From: an uncultured delta proteobacterium
GTDB lineage: Bacteria; Desulfobacterota; RBG-13-43-22
Direction of reading: 5' to 3'
Length of the DNA stretch: 64,000 nt
NCBI GenBank assembly: GCA_963743305.1
Contig: CAVUPH010000012.1
Coordinates: 76,748-140,747 of the forward strand
Positions within the stretch are counted from its first letter, which is position 1. Each line of letters starts with the position of its first letter. Under the pieces are notes generated by a model, which ran no database searches, was not told where the DNA came from, and was given only the letters and a program-made list of their open reading frames with translations. Of the stretch, positions 9,899 through 20,649 are shown piece after piece. Position numbers and translations under genes: made by a program.

Positions 9899-11944
9899 CT
9901 ATCGCCTCTTCGGCGTCGTCGGCCTATTTACGGGGGCCCCCTCCGAGGGCGATGATTTGATGACCACCGGATCCCCGCTGGTGGTGGAGATGGCCACGTC
10001 GTCCACGAAAAAATTACTGGTATACCCTTCATCGGTTACCACCTTAAAGGTCAGATCCAGCGTCTGTCCCCTATACCCCGATAAATTGACTGTGTCCTGA
10101 ACCCACCCGTTGGTGTTTTGATCGGCGCATAAATCATATCCTTTAAGATTCTGAGTCCCTAGGAAGATTCCGGCGGTATCATAACCGCAGAGATCATTCG
10201 AACCGATCCAGTACCAAAAACTGAGGGTCTGCGCAGTATCGGGAACCTTGATCTTTTGGGATAAGACGGAAATCTCGAAATCGGCCCCTCCCAGCCAGGC
10301 CGCCCAAGTGCCGCTATGGGGGGTGATCTGTAGTCCTTCGACCGGAGTCATAACCAGCAGGTACCCGTTGCTGGATGACTCCTGCCAAGTGCCGTCACGC
10401 CCGGACTCAAAATCACCGTTTCCAAGGGCGGCGGAAGGCGTCGTCCCCCCCGAGTTATTAGCGACTAGGGGGAAATAGAGCCACTGGGAGGCCGTGAAGG
10501 GCGCGGAGTAAATCACATAATTGGCCGAATAGCCGATGTTGGAAGTGCCCCGGGTAATCTGCATATAGCCTCCCTCGCCCCAGGAGGCCCCCCAGGAGTT
10601 TCTCATAATCCACGTGTTTTCAACATCGTTCCAGCCTACCAGCACCACGGCATGGTTGACCCCGCCGCCGCAATAATTTCTTTCGTCAGTACTAAAAACG
10701 CCTCCCCGGTAGCCCTGCATCTTCGGGCCGGAACAGACCGCTACGGCCACCGGCCCATAACTGTAGATGGCATTTTTGATCGCTTCCGCGGCCGGGATGC
10801 TGGAATCATTGCCCACATAACTCCAGTTTATCAGCCGGTAGGGGTGGCTGAACACCCGGTTACAGGATTGGGAGGCACCCACGTAGGGAAAATCCGCCTC
10901 CAAAACAGCCCCGGGCTGGGTCTGATTGATGGCGGTTTGATTAGAATGGTATTCATGAGCCCACCAGCCGCCGTTGCAACTATACCCGTCGGTGTTACAG
11001 GAAAGCAGGAATTCCTCCGAGAGGTCCGTGGTCAAGCTGCTTTTCCATTTCAGATTGGCCTCAAAGGGGCCGACCGTGCCGAAGGCCCAGCAACTCCCGC
11101 AATTTCCCTGGTCCCGGACCGGGGTGAGTATCCCGGAATCCCTCCAGTCAAAGGAGGTGGGGAGTCCTAGAGCCGGCGTTCCGGATAGCGGGGCTTTCCG
11201 GTCAGTGGAGAAACGGGGTTGATTGATAGGCGGTTCTGGATTGCTCAGATCGGAAATCAGGGAGATCTCAGCCGCCTGGAGGGTGATCTCCATTTGGGGG
11301 GCTTGGGGTTCGATCCAGGGTCGCCGGTAGAGGAGCCGAACGGCGGTTTCCCCCTCCGTCACCCCTTCCAGAGAAATAATTTGTCGGGCGGCTCCCCCCA
11401 ACCTGCTTCCCGAAGATTGAAATTGCACCGCTTCCCCCGGTTTCAATTTCAGCGCCTCCAGGGTTTGAATTTCCCAGACATAACCGCTGGCCAGATTGGA
11501 TTCCAGGATTAATTCCAGAGGTTCACCGGACTTGACGCTTCCCCTCAATTCCAGCAAGGACGGGCCATCAGTAAACGGCAGGGTTGGATCAGTAGCCAGG
11601 AACAAGGCCTTTCGAAACTGCCCCCAACCCTCGGTTCCCTGAAGCTGGATCTCATAGGTCAAACGACCTTCCGGGCCGACCTGTTTCCGGAGGTTAGGGG
11701 TAACCCTCTGGGTCTTGAGTTTCCCCAAGAGTTGATCGGCCAAAAGCCGATCGATGTTAGCTTCCCGACCCCTCACTCCCGGGCTGAAAACAATTTGGAC
11801 CTCCGCTTCCCAATGCTGATCGGACAAAAAGCGGGCTGCGGTTTGGCTGTGAGCCGGAGAACCGGAAGCCACCCCAAAAAATGTTAAAATCAGAATGGTA
11901 ATCCTCACAAATAAAGGAGCGAAAATAGGATTAGATATGGACAC
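9899..11944 (-). CDS. Secreted C1A (papain-family) cysteine protease with I42 chagasin-like domain and C-terminal beta-sandwich domain
   Basis: Signal peptide; LESNLASGYVW..YRRPW (I42-like); FDWRD, QGNCGSCWAF, NHAVVLVGW, RNSWG; NGDFESG domain. Confidence 0.88.
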   Translation of the reverse strand: MSISNPIFAPLFVRITILILTFFGVASGSPAHSQTAARFLSDQHWEAEVQIVFSPGVRGREANIDRLLADQLLGKLKTQRVTPNLRKQVGPEGRLTYEIQLQGTEGWGQFRKALFLATDPTLPFTDGPSLLELRGSVKSGEPLELILESNLASGYVWEIQTLEALKLKPGEAVQFQSSGSRLGGAARQIISLEGVTEGETAVRLLYRRPWIEPQAPQMEITLQAAEISLISDLSNPEPPINQPRFSTDRKAPLSGTPALGLPTSFDWRDSGILTPVRDQGNCGSCWAFGTVGPFEANLKWKSSLTTDLSEEFLLSCNTDGYSCNGGWWAHEYHSNQTAINQTQPGAVLEADFPYVGASQSCNRVFSHPYRLINWSYVGNDSSIPAAEAIKNAIYSYGPVAVAVCSGPKMQGYRGGVFSTDERNYCGGGVNHAVVLVGWNDVENTWIMRNSWGASWGEGGYMQITRGTSNIGYSANYVIYSAPFTASQWLYFPLVANNSGGTTPSAALGNGDFESGRDGTWQESSSNGYLLVMTPVEGLQITPHSGTWAAWLGGADFEISVLSQKIKVPDTAQTLSFWYWIGSNDLCGYDTAGIFLGTQNLKGYDLCADQNTNGWVQDTVNLSGYRGQTLDLTFKVVTDEGYTSNFFVDDVAISTTSGDPVVIKSSPSEGAPVNRPTTPKRR

Positions 11945-12322
11945 GCTGAAGCACTCCTTCCATAGTGGCCCGATACTATTAATGGTACTGTGTCACTTTT
12001 GGATAGGTAATCCCCCAAAAGGAAAAACCACCCCATTTTATCACCATAGTTTAATGATCATAATCGCCACCGTCAAGAGGGAAGTCCCCTGGCATTCCCT
12101 TAGAGGAGATCTAGAGGCAAGTCAAAAAAATCCGATTTACCCTGTGGCGCATCAACGACTCCGGAAAGGGTTTGATGAAGGACCTGCAGGAAATCCGACA
12201 TTCCGTCGGACAGCCCTGCAGGCGTGGGGTGGGCAAGTGATAAATATTCTAACAAAATCGTTTGCGCGATCGGAGGCTTCAATAGACCGGAGTGGCTGAT
12301 CCTCAATGGGGCTTTAGAAGTT

Positions 12323-14482
12323 TTATCGGCCTATCTTCGCCGATGGCCGGGCGGACTTTCTTATCCCGGGAGAAAACGGCATCCTGGTTTTAGGAATCTC
12401 GCCTGAGCCTTGCAGCGACTGCGGCGACTGGGCCCCCACCAGGATGGACACATCATCCAGCAGGAAGCTGCTGATAAATGTTCCGGTAGAATCAGGGGCG
12501 ATTTCTGCCTTGAAAGTCAAATCCAAGGCTTTACCCCGAAAATTTGCCGGAATAGCTACCCTTTCATTCGTCCAGCCCAAAGTTACCTGGTTCAAATCGT
12601 AGGTTTTTATAGAGGTAGCGTCCAAGTAAACCGTCCCCGTACTTCCCCCAATATTGTCGTTGGAGTCGATCCAATACCAATAACTGAGCTCGGTGGCATC
12701 CCCCGGGACAGTGATGTGTTGGGTGACAGTGGCGACCTCAGCAGGATCTCCACCCAACCAGACGGCATAATTACCGCTATGATTAGAAATATCATAATCG
12801 GATAAATTGACAATTATAAATTCCGACCAGGAATTGCCGGACGTGATGGCCCAGGTCCCATCCGGCCCATTTTCAAAATCCCCGTTGCAAACAATTTGCT
12901 GGCAGGCGCCTTTATCGTTCAAAACCACCGGCAAATAGACCCAATGGGTGACTGCGGTTTGCGGCGGAGACGGCGGAGGCGTTGGAGGTAACGGCGGAGG
13001 ACTGGACGTATAGACCACGTAATTGGCCGCATAGCCGATATTGGAAACATTTCTTTTTATTCGCATATAACCGGACTCACCCCAGCCGGTTCCCCAGGAA
13101 TTCTTCATGATCCAGGTATCGGTGGCATCGTCCCACCCAACCAGCACCACGGCATGGTTGACCTGCCCGGTCTTGCAAACATTTTTTTCATCGCTGGAAA
13201 AAATCCCCGAGCGATAACTGGAGAAGGCCGAACCGGCGCAAACAGCCGCAGCGACCGGCCCGTAGGTGGCGATGGCGTATTTAATGGCTTCCACCGAAGG
13301 CACCCCGTAAGAATTGCCCACATACTTCCAGCTTTCAATCTTCTGGTAATGGGCATGAGGAGGATTGCAGACGGTGTCGCTGGCGGTATAGGGTAAAAGG
13401 GTTTCCAGTACCGATCCCGCTTCGAGTTCACCGGACACCTTTTTGTCATTGTGATAATCGTGGGCCCACCAGCCGCCATCGCAACTCCAACCGCTGTCGT
13501 TGCAGGAAAGCAGATATTGCTCGGAAAGATCGGCTAATTCCCCCCCGCTGATCAACAGCTTGGCCTCCAAGGGTGCTACGGTACCGAAGGCCCAACAGCT
13601 CCCGCAGGATCCCTGATTTTTGACAGGTGATACATAATTCTGCCCGTTCACGCTGCGCCAATCAAAGAAAGACGACAATTGCAGCGAACCGGAGGCGATT
13701 TCCTCTCCTGGGGTAGTGGTAACCAGGGCTGCCGGGCGCATCAATGGGGGGTTGGGATTACCTAAGTCGGCCACCAGGGCGATCTCAGGAACCTGAATGG
13801 TAGTCTTTCTTTTAGGGACCTGATCGCCCAACCAGGGCCGGCGGTAGGTAAACTGGACCGAGGTTTCCGCATCCTCCTGTCCTTCCAGATAGATAATCTG
13901 GGTCATGGGGGCACCCAATAGATCACTCTTGGACTCGAAAACGGCATTCCCCTGCTGAAGGACCTGTTGGGCATTCGCAGCCGTGAGTTCCCAGATAAAC
14001 CCGGTCGAGGGATTGCTTTCCAAAATCACCGGGATGGACTCCCCTTTTTTGACCCTGCCCATCAGTTCCAGAGCCACCGGGCCGTCGGCCAACGGGAGGG
14101 TCGGATCAGCGACGACATGAATCACTTTTCTAAACTGATCCAACCCCTCGTTTCCCTGGAGAGTGATCGTATAGGTGAAGCCGGCATTTCTTTCCGGACT
14201 CCGGGATACATGATAGGCTACCCGGTGTGATTGAACCTGCTCCTGGAGGGTTTGCCGAATCTTCTGAACTATCCCTGCTTCCCGCGCAGCCATGTCCGGG
14301 CTGAAGGTTATGGCAATATCCGCTTTCCAATCTTGACTGCCGGTTTGGATCAATTCACCAAAACACTCCCTCGGCCCGAGGGAAAGCAAAGTGATAAAAG
14401 CCAAAGAAAAGAAAAATGCCAACCCGCCCATCAGTCGCTTCAGCGGGTTGAAGTTTTCGCGAAACTGATTGAAATTATTCAT
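12323..14482 (-). CDS. Paralogous secreted C1A protease with I42 domain, Pro-rich linker and C-terminal domain
   Basis: LESNPSTGFIW..YRRPW; FDWRS, QGSCGSCWAF, NHAVVLVGW, KNSWG; PPPLPPTPPPSPP linker; NGDFENG. Confidence 0.88.
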   Translation of the reverse strand: MNNFNQFRENFNPLKRLMGGLAFFFSLAFITLLSLGPRECFGELIQTGSQDWKADIAITFSPDMAAREAGIVQKIRQTLQEQVQSHRVAYHVSRSPERNAGFTYTITLQGNEGLDQFRKVIHVVADPTLPLADGPVALELMGRVKKGESIPVILESNPSTGFIWELTAANAQQVLQQGNAVFESKSDLLGAPMTQIIYLEGQEDAETSVQFTYRRPWLGDQVPKRKTTIQVPEIALVADLGNPNPPLMRPAALVTTTPGEEIASGSLQLSSFFDWRSVNGQNYVSPVKNQGSCGSCWAFGTVAPLEAKLLISGGELADLSEQYLLSCNDSGWSCDGGWWAHDYHNDKKVSGELEAGSVLETLLPYTASDTVCNPPHAHYQKIESWKYVGNSYGVPSVEAIKYAIATYGPVAAAVCAGSAFSSYRSGIFSSDEKNVCKTGQVNHAVVLVGWDDATDTWIMKNSWGTGWGESGYMRIKRNVSNIGYAANYVVYTSSPPPLPPTPPPSPPQTAVTHWVYLPVVLNDKGACQQIVCNGDFENGPDGTWAITSGNSWSEFIIVNLSDYDISNHSGNYAVWLGGDPAEVATVTQHITVPGDATELSYWYWIDSNDNIGGSTGTVYLDATSIKTYDLNQVTLGWTNERVAIPANFRGKALDLTFKAEIAPDSTGTFISSFLLDDVSILVGAQSPQSLQGSGEIPKTRMPFSPGIRKSARPSAKIGR

Positions 14483-14540
14483 GATCGTTTAATTAGGTGT
14501 AATTCCGTTGAGGTGCTCTCCCCTTATTTGCTTAGTACTC

Positions 14541-14567
14541 TTATCGGCATTTCCCGGACAACCTTAA
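14541..14567 (-). promoter_or_regulatory. Sigma28 (FliA)-like promoter
   Basis: Minus strand TTAAGGTT-N11-GCCGATAA about 60 nt upstream of the protease start. Confidence 0.6.
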
Positions 14568-15045
14568 ATCCTGCCTCGCCTTTTGCGGAGGTGGGATAAA
14601 CCGCTCGAAATCGTTCCCCCGATCACCCGGGTCGGGCTAAAACGAAAAGATTTCCAAACCGCTTTTATTTTATTGCCCGTTTTACCGATAAGGCCGGTAA
14701 GGAGCGGACCAACTGTCTTTTTTCAGAAAATTTGGAAAAGAAAGAAAAGTCGGATTTTTCCGAATCAGGAGAGATAAACCCTCAGTCTTGAATTTCAAGA
14801 CCGATATATCCGAGCGGAGGCACTTGGAGAAGGCGCTAAAAAGATCGGATCGAATATGACGGCCGGCCGATGGTTCTGGGCAATTTTTTCGACATCACCA
14901 ACCGGAAACAGGCCGAAAGGGCGTTGGAAAAAAAGGTCTTTAGCCCAATAGACCTCTAATCCGTCAAGTTCTTGACTTAATCAAGGGCCTGGAAGGGTAG
15001 CAGACCAGCCCTTCGAGATTAACCTATTGAAAGACAAAAGAGTTT

Positions 15046-15456
15046 TCAGTCAGCAATCAGGTTGAATTCCAGGACTTGGATCTCTCCCGGGTCGAGGGAA
15101 CCTTTAACCGGATACGGACTCAAGCGGACTTTGGTTCCGATGAGTCCCATATCTGCCGTTTCCGGGTCTCTATCCACAATCAACCCCATCACCCAGGGTC
15201 CCTGTTCCAGCTCGACCAGGGCAAGAACATAGGGGGGTTGTTTCCCTTCCGGGGCTACCCGGATGACCGTGAAGGTGCGGATCGCGCCCTCCCCTTTAAT
15301 CTCCGCCGGAAACAAGTTTGGCCCTCGGCAGTTTCGGCAGACTGCTTGAGGGGGAACGGTGTAGGTCCCGCAGGATGGGCAGTGCAACCCCAATAATTTT
15401 CCCTCCCTCAGGCCCTGCTGGTATTGCTCAAATGTTAAGGGATATTCCATCTTCAA
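15046..15456 (-). CDS. Zn-ribbon/OB-fold protein (DUF35 family), thiolase partner
   Basis: CPSCG..PP..CRNC, PPYVLALVEL; overlaps the thiolase stop. Confidence 0.88.
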   Translation of the reverse strand: MKMEYPLTFEQYQQGLREGKLLGLHCPSCGTYTVPPQAVCRNCRGPNLFPAEIKGEGAIRTFTVIRVAPEGKQPPYVLALVELEQGPWVMGLIVDRDPETADMGLIGTKVRLSPYPVKGSLDPGEIQVLEFNLIAD

Positions 15457-16619
15457 CTCCTGAGAATGAGGTTGCAGACTGTTCCAAAATCTCCGCCCAG
15501 GGTGTCCACCAACCCCACCCGGGCTCCAGCCACCTGGCGGGCGCCACTTTCCCCGCGCAGTTGTTCTACGATCTCCACCACCTGGGCCGCGCCGGTGGCC
15601 CCAATCGGATGCCCCTTGGCCTTGAGTCCCCCCGATGGATTAACCACCACCCGGCCCTTGAAGGTCGTTTCCCCTTTAGCCGCCGAGTCATGGGCTTGTC
15701 CGAAATCGTAAAAACCCAAACCCTCCAAGGCCAGGATTTCGGCGATGGTAAAACAATCGTGGAGTTCCACCACATCGATATCCCGGGGAGTCAGTCCTGA
15801 CTGCTCATAGGCGGCCTGAACCGAGGTCTCCCGGGCCTTGACCCGAGTCAGGTCCTGCTGGCGGTATAATGGTCCGGCCGAGGCCTGGCCCATCCCGACG
15901 ATATAAACGGGTTTTTTCGTCAGCTTGCGGGCCGTCCCGGCCTCCGCGATGACCACCGCCGCCGCGCCGTCAGAAAAAGGGCAGCAATCCAACAACTGCA
16001 GGGGATCGGCCACCATCATTCCGGTCAGCACCGTTTCCGCCTGAATTATTTTCTGAAAATGGGCTTTGGGATTCAGGAATCCGTGGGAATGATTTTTGAC
16101 CGCCACCTCTGCCATGTTCCTCTTTAGAACCTCCAGGGGGATACCATACTTGTGGGCGTACAGATGGGTAGCCATGGCAAAGACCCCTGGGAAAGTCAGC
16201 CCCACCGCCGACTCGTACTGGGCCTGGCAAGCCATGGCGAAGGTCCGGGTGGCCAGAGGCGTGCCCATTCGGGCGGCCCGTTCGGTACCCCCGGCCAGGA
16301 CCAGGTCGTAAACCCCGGAGGCCACCAGCAGGGCCGCATGGCGTATGGCCACTGTGGCCGTGGCACAGGCCGATTCGAAACGGGTGGCCGGGGCCGATAC
16401 GGGCAGGCCGAGCTCCGCGTGGGCAAAGGGCGCCATATGCAGTTGTCCCTCCTCAAAATCACCCAGACAGTTGCCGAAAAACAGGGCCTGCAGCGCCTTG
16501 GGTTCCAGGTTGGATTGTCCAATAGCCTCCAGGCCCGCTTCGGCAAACATCTCCAGGTTGCTCTTTCGGGAAATGCCGAATTTGGTCATCGCCGCCCCCA
16601 CTACCGCAACCTCCCTCAT
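15453..16619 (-). CDS. SCP2-type thiolase-domain protein
   Basis: ESACAT, SDGAAA, ELHDCF and NPSGGLKAKGHPIGATG motifs. Confidence 0.88.
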   Translation of the reverse strand: MREVAVVGAAMTKFGISRKSNLEMFAEAGLEAIGQSNLEPKALQALFFGNCLGDFEEGQLHMAPFAHAELGLPVSAPATRFESACATATVAIRHAALLVASGVYDLVLAGGTERAARMGTPLATRTFAMACQAQYESAVGLTFPGVFAMATHLYAHKYGIPLEVLKRNMAEVAVKNHSHGFLNPKAHFQKIIQAETVLTGMMVADPLQLLDCCPFSDGAAAVVIAEAGTARKLTKKPVYIVGMGQASAGPLYRQQDLTRVKARETSVQAAYEQSGLTPRDIDVVELHDCFTIAEILALEGLGFYDFGQAHDSAAKGETTFKGRVVVNPSGGLKAKGHPIGATGAAQVVEIVEQLRGESGARQVAGARVGLVDTLGGDFGTVCNLILRS

Positions 16620-16674
16620 GCACGCCTCCTATTCACAGTTCCTTCGTCCGGTATTCAACATCCTACAACCGGCC

Positions 16675-17442
16675 TTACTTCGCCCCCATCCTCAATCCGC
16701 CGTCCAAACGGATCACTTCCCCATTCAAGAGGGGGTTTTCAATGATCTGGGCCGCCAGCATGGCGAATTCCACCGGCCGTCCCAGACGTTTCGGAAAAAG
16801 CGTCATATTGACCAGGGACTCATAGACTTGAGGAGACATGCCGGCCATCATGGGGGTTTCAAACAACCCGGGGGCAATCGTCACGATTCGAATCCCATAG
16901 TTGGCGAACTCCCTGGCAATAGGCAGGGTCATACCGGCCACCCCGGCCTTGGAGGCGGCGTAAGCCGCCTGACCGAACTGGCCTTCAAAGGCCGCGACGG
17001 AAGAGGTATTGACCATCACGCCCTTTTCACCGTCCTCGTTAGGTTGATTTTTATTGATCTGTTCGGCGGCCAGGAGGATCACGTTCATGGTGCCGATCAG
17101 GTTGATTTGAATTACCTGATTGAACCGGGCGATGTCCATCGGCCCCTCTTTTCCCAGCACCCTGCCGGGAGTGGCCACACCGGCACAGTTCACCACGAAA
17201 TGGATAGCACCGAAAACCTCCATGGTTTTGAAAATGGCCTCCTTCACGCTGGCCTCATCCGTCACATCGGTTTTACAGAACAGTGCATCTCCACCTAAAT
17301 CAGAAGCTACTTTTTCCCCCCGATCCTGGGCAAAATCCAGGATCGACGCCTTGGCCCCTCTCCTCATTAAAAAGCGCACCGTGGCCTCCCCCAAACCGGA
17401 AGCCCCGCCGCTGACCACGGCTACCCCACCCTTAATCTCCAT
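16675..17442 (-). CDS. SDR 3-hydroxyacyl-CoA dehydrogenase (type-2/HSD17B10-like)
   Basis: SGGASGLG, NCAG, AFEGQFGQAAYAASKAG, LNGEVIRLDG. Confidence 0.9.
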   Translation of the reverse strand: MEIKGGVAVVSGGASGLGEATVRFLMRRGAKASILDFAQDRGEKVASDLGGDALFCKTDVTDEASVKEAIFKTMEVFGAIHFVVNCAGVATPGRVLGKEGPMDIARFNQVIQINLIGTMNVILLAAEQINKNQPNEDGEKGVMVNTSSVAAFEGQFGQAAYAASKAGVAGMTLPIAREFANYGIRIVTIAPGLFETPMMAGMSPQVYESLVNMTLFPKRLGRPVEFAMLAAQIIENPLLNGEVIRLDGGLRMGAK

Positions 17443-17500
17443 CTTCTTCCCCCTCTTTCTAATTAAGAAATTTTATTAAAGGACAGATTTCAATAAGCGG

Positions 17501-18488
17501 TTAAAAACGAAAAAGGGAGGCCCCCCAGGTAAAACCGGCCCCAAAGGAGGTAGTCAGAACCAGGTCGCCTCGTTTGATCCGATCGGAGCGGACCCCTTCA
17601 TCCAGGGCCGTGGGAATGGTGGCCGCCGAGGTGTTGCCGTACTTCTGAACGGTCAGGATCACTTTTTCCAGGGGAACTTCCATCAGCTTGGCCACGGCCT
17701 CGATGATCCGAAGATTGGCCTGGTGGGGAATAAACCAATCGATCTGCCGGCCGGAGCATTCCACCCTCTTCCAGGGCGGCTTTCGAGGCTTCCGCCATGG
17801 AACGGACGGCATGTTTGAAGACCTCATTGCCCTTCATCTTAACGTATTGGAGTCGCCGGTCGATCATCTCATGGGTCGGCGGGTTGAGCGAGCCGCCACC
17901 GGGGACATTCAGGAGTCCCCAAAGGTCGCCATCGGAATAGATCCGGGTGGAGAGGAGTTCTCCCTCCCCTTTTCGGGTGTGCTGCCCCAGAACGACCGCT
18001 CCAGCCCCGTCTCCAAAAAGCACGCAAGTATTTCGATCCTCAAAATCGGTTCGGTGCGAGACGATCTCCCCCCCCACCACTAAGACTCGTTGATGGGATC
18101 CGTCCTGCATAAACTTCTGGGCCACGGCCAGCCCGTATATAAATCCCGGGCAAGCGGCATTGATATCAAAAGCCACGGCCTTTTTGGCCCCGAGCCGGTG
18201 TTGGACTATGCAGCCCGCGGAAGGAGAGGGCATATCCGCCGTGGAGGTGCCGATAATAATCAGGTCCAGTTCCTTCGGGAAAACGCCCGCCATTTCCAGG
18301 GCTTTTTCCGCGGCCGGGACCGCGAGATCGCTCAGGGCCTGCCCGGGCAGAACCATCCTTCGTTCTTTAATTCCGGTCCGACTGACGATCCATTCGTTGG
18401 AGGTATTTACCAGGCCTTCGAAATAAGCGTTGGGGACGACCCGTTCGGGAATAAAGGATCCTGTCCCCAAAATGCGCACTTTCTTCAA
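17501..18488 (-). CDS. fabH: Beta-ketoacyl-ACP synthase III, +1 frameshift near 17755
   Basis: [21 protein letters not shown], then [15 protein letters not shown] and GAGFTWG in the second frame. Confidence 0.85.
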
Positions 18489-18656
18489 TTGAATATCTTT
18501 CCCCCAATCGTCTTTGATGCTTTGAGAACTATTATCATTTGAAAAACTATTTATCAAATTATTTTTTTAAGCAAATAAACCCTTTGACAGGGATCCTCCC
18601 GGGTTGCTAGATTTAGCCCTCAGGCGGAAATTTTAATGGGAATCGGAGGGGATCGT

Positions 18657-19067
18657 ATGACTTGTCATTTACACCATACCCATTTATTTGCTTCGGACCT
18701 AAACAAAACTATCCAATTTTATTCGGAATATTTTGACGGTCGGGTGGTGATGGACCTGGAGATGGCGGGATCCAGAAATGTTTTCCTGAGCATCGGTCGG
18801 GGGAGGCTTCACTTTTATGACCAGGCCCCGAAGAATCCAGTCCGGGGGAATATCCACCACATTGGTATTCAAACCGACAACCTGGAGGAGATGGTCAAAA
18901 AACTCGCCGCCGGGGGGGTGCCCTTAAAGAAAGGGATAACGGACTTTGGATTCTGGAAATACATCACGGTCCTGGCGCCGGACAACGTCCTGATTGAACT
19001 TTTTCAGGTCGACCAAACCCAGTTGTCGAAAGAACAGAGCGCCTATTTTAATCAGGACCATCCTTAA
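18657..19067 (+). CDS. VOC/glyoxalase family protein
   Basis: LHHTHL, IHHIGI and APDNVLIELF motifs; GGAGG RBS; TTGACA-N18-TAGATT upstream. Confidence 0.8.
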   Translation: MTCHLHHTHLFASDLNKTIQFYSEYFDGRVVMDLEMAGSRNVFLSIGRGRLHFYDQAPKNPVRGNIHHIGIQTDNLEEMVKKLAAGGVPLKKGITDFGFWKYITVLAPDNVLIELFQVDQTQLSKEQSAYFNQDHP

Positions 19068-19082
19068 AGGCCGTCGGCCTGG

Positions 19083-20646
19083 TCATAGCGCCGACAGGTC
19101 CGCCTTCATCTGTTGATGTATCCGCCCGCGATATTCGTGTAGACGACCCGCGGGCCGCCAGCCGACCTGGACGAAAAAGGGGATGTTTTCTTCCTGAATC
19201 CGGGCGGTAAAGGCCGTGCAGCCTTTACTTTTCACAAAACGCATGGCTTCCCTGACCAGAAGTTCACCGGCTCCCGAACCCCGCCATTCCTTTTGAATGG
19301 CCAACCTCCCACCGATCCAGTGGCCGTTTCCTTCCACCGGGAAGACCCTCACCGTGCCGATAATTTGCCCTTCCATCTCAGCGATCAGATGGGTGCTTTC
19401 CCCATCGTTTTCGTCGGCATCCGTATCCTGAAAGAGCCGCTGCTCGTCCACAAAGACCTGATGACGAATCGCCGCCGCCTTGGCCAACTCCCGGCGGGTC
19501 CGGGAGGGGTGGCAAACGATTCGTTCGACCGGCTGTTCGTAAAAAGGCAGGGCCGAACAGGCCCCGCAGCGGACACAGCCGGCCAAACTCTTTTTCGAGG
19601 ACAGCCCTTTTCTGCTTAAAATCTCCGCCACCTTTTCGTAGATTTCCGTTATGATCCCGTGATCCGGAGGCACAGCTTTCTCCATTGCTGATCCGGGGAT
19701 CGGACGGAGTGGAACCACAAAAGGGAAGACCCCCAGATCGGCCAACCGTTCGCTGCCCTGGATAATCGAATCCTGCTCCTCACCCAGGCCGACGATCAGG
19801 AAACTGCTGACCTGGTTGGGCCCGAAGAGCTCCACCGCCTCCTTCCAGGCCTTGACATACCTTGACCGGCCGATAGCCGCTTTGGCCGGGGCCAGGCGTG
19901 CCAGGACCTCCCGGTCAAAACTTTCAATATGAAGGCCGATGGTATCCACCCCCGCCGTCTTTAATAAAAGCAGGGACTCCGGATCCGAGGGGGGAAGGCA
20001 TTGGGCCTGAACGGGTAAGCCGGTAGCCTGTCTTGATAGCGGTCGCGCAGCGGGACAGGAGCTGAACCTCTTCCCCCGGTGAAGACGCCGCTCCGGTGGT
20101 GAGGACCACCTGCCGGATCCCGTCCAGTTCCTTGGCCTTCCGGGCCACTTCGGCTACCTGGTCCGGAGTTTTGCTGGGGAGTGTGGATTGGTTCCGAAGA
20201 GAAACCGCTATTCCACAAAAACGGCACTGCCGTTGGGATGGCCAGTGGTCGCAGGTCTGCAACACCGTCGTGGCCAGGCAATCCCGGCCATGGAGCAACG
20301 CGATTTTTTTATAGGGAACCCCTTCCGGAGTTTGAAGTTCATAAAAGGCCGGACGCGAGACCGGTTCTACCGTGTTTCTAAATTCTCCATGTCTGAAAAT
20401 CCCATATCGATTTCCCGTGCGCTTCAAGGTATAGGGAGAATGAGGGACGTAATGTCCGCTGACCGGAATCGAAACCGCCCGCCCTTGGATGATGATGGTC
20501 CCCCCTTCAGCAGGACCGGCCCCGCCATTTCGCTGTAGGAGACCCTCTTGGATCCGCAGACCCAGGCTTTGCAGTTCGGTAACCAGATGCTTAGTGGCCT
20601 TGAAATTTATTTCTGTTTTGTCGGTGGCCAAAAAAGTTCTCCCCAA
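19083..20646 (-). CDS. MSMEG_0568-family radical SAM protein fused to a C-terminal GNAT acetyltransferase; +1 frameshift near 20032
   Basis: ELQSLG..GGAGP, KIALLHG..LATTVLQTC..CRFC, then GLHIESFD, CVRCGACS, then RHQVFVDEQ..GTVR..WIGGRLA. Confidence 0.82.
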
Positions 20647-20649
20647 GGT

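Noticed and set aside
11945-12322. c-di-GMP riboswitch between the protease genes
   Set aside because: GCAAAC and AAGCCTCCG pieces are present but in the wrong order.
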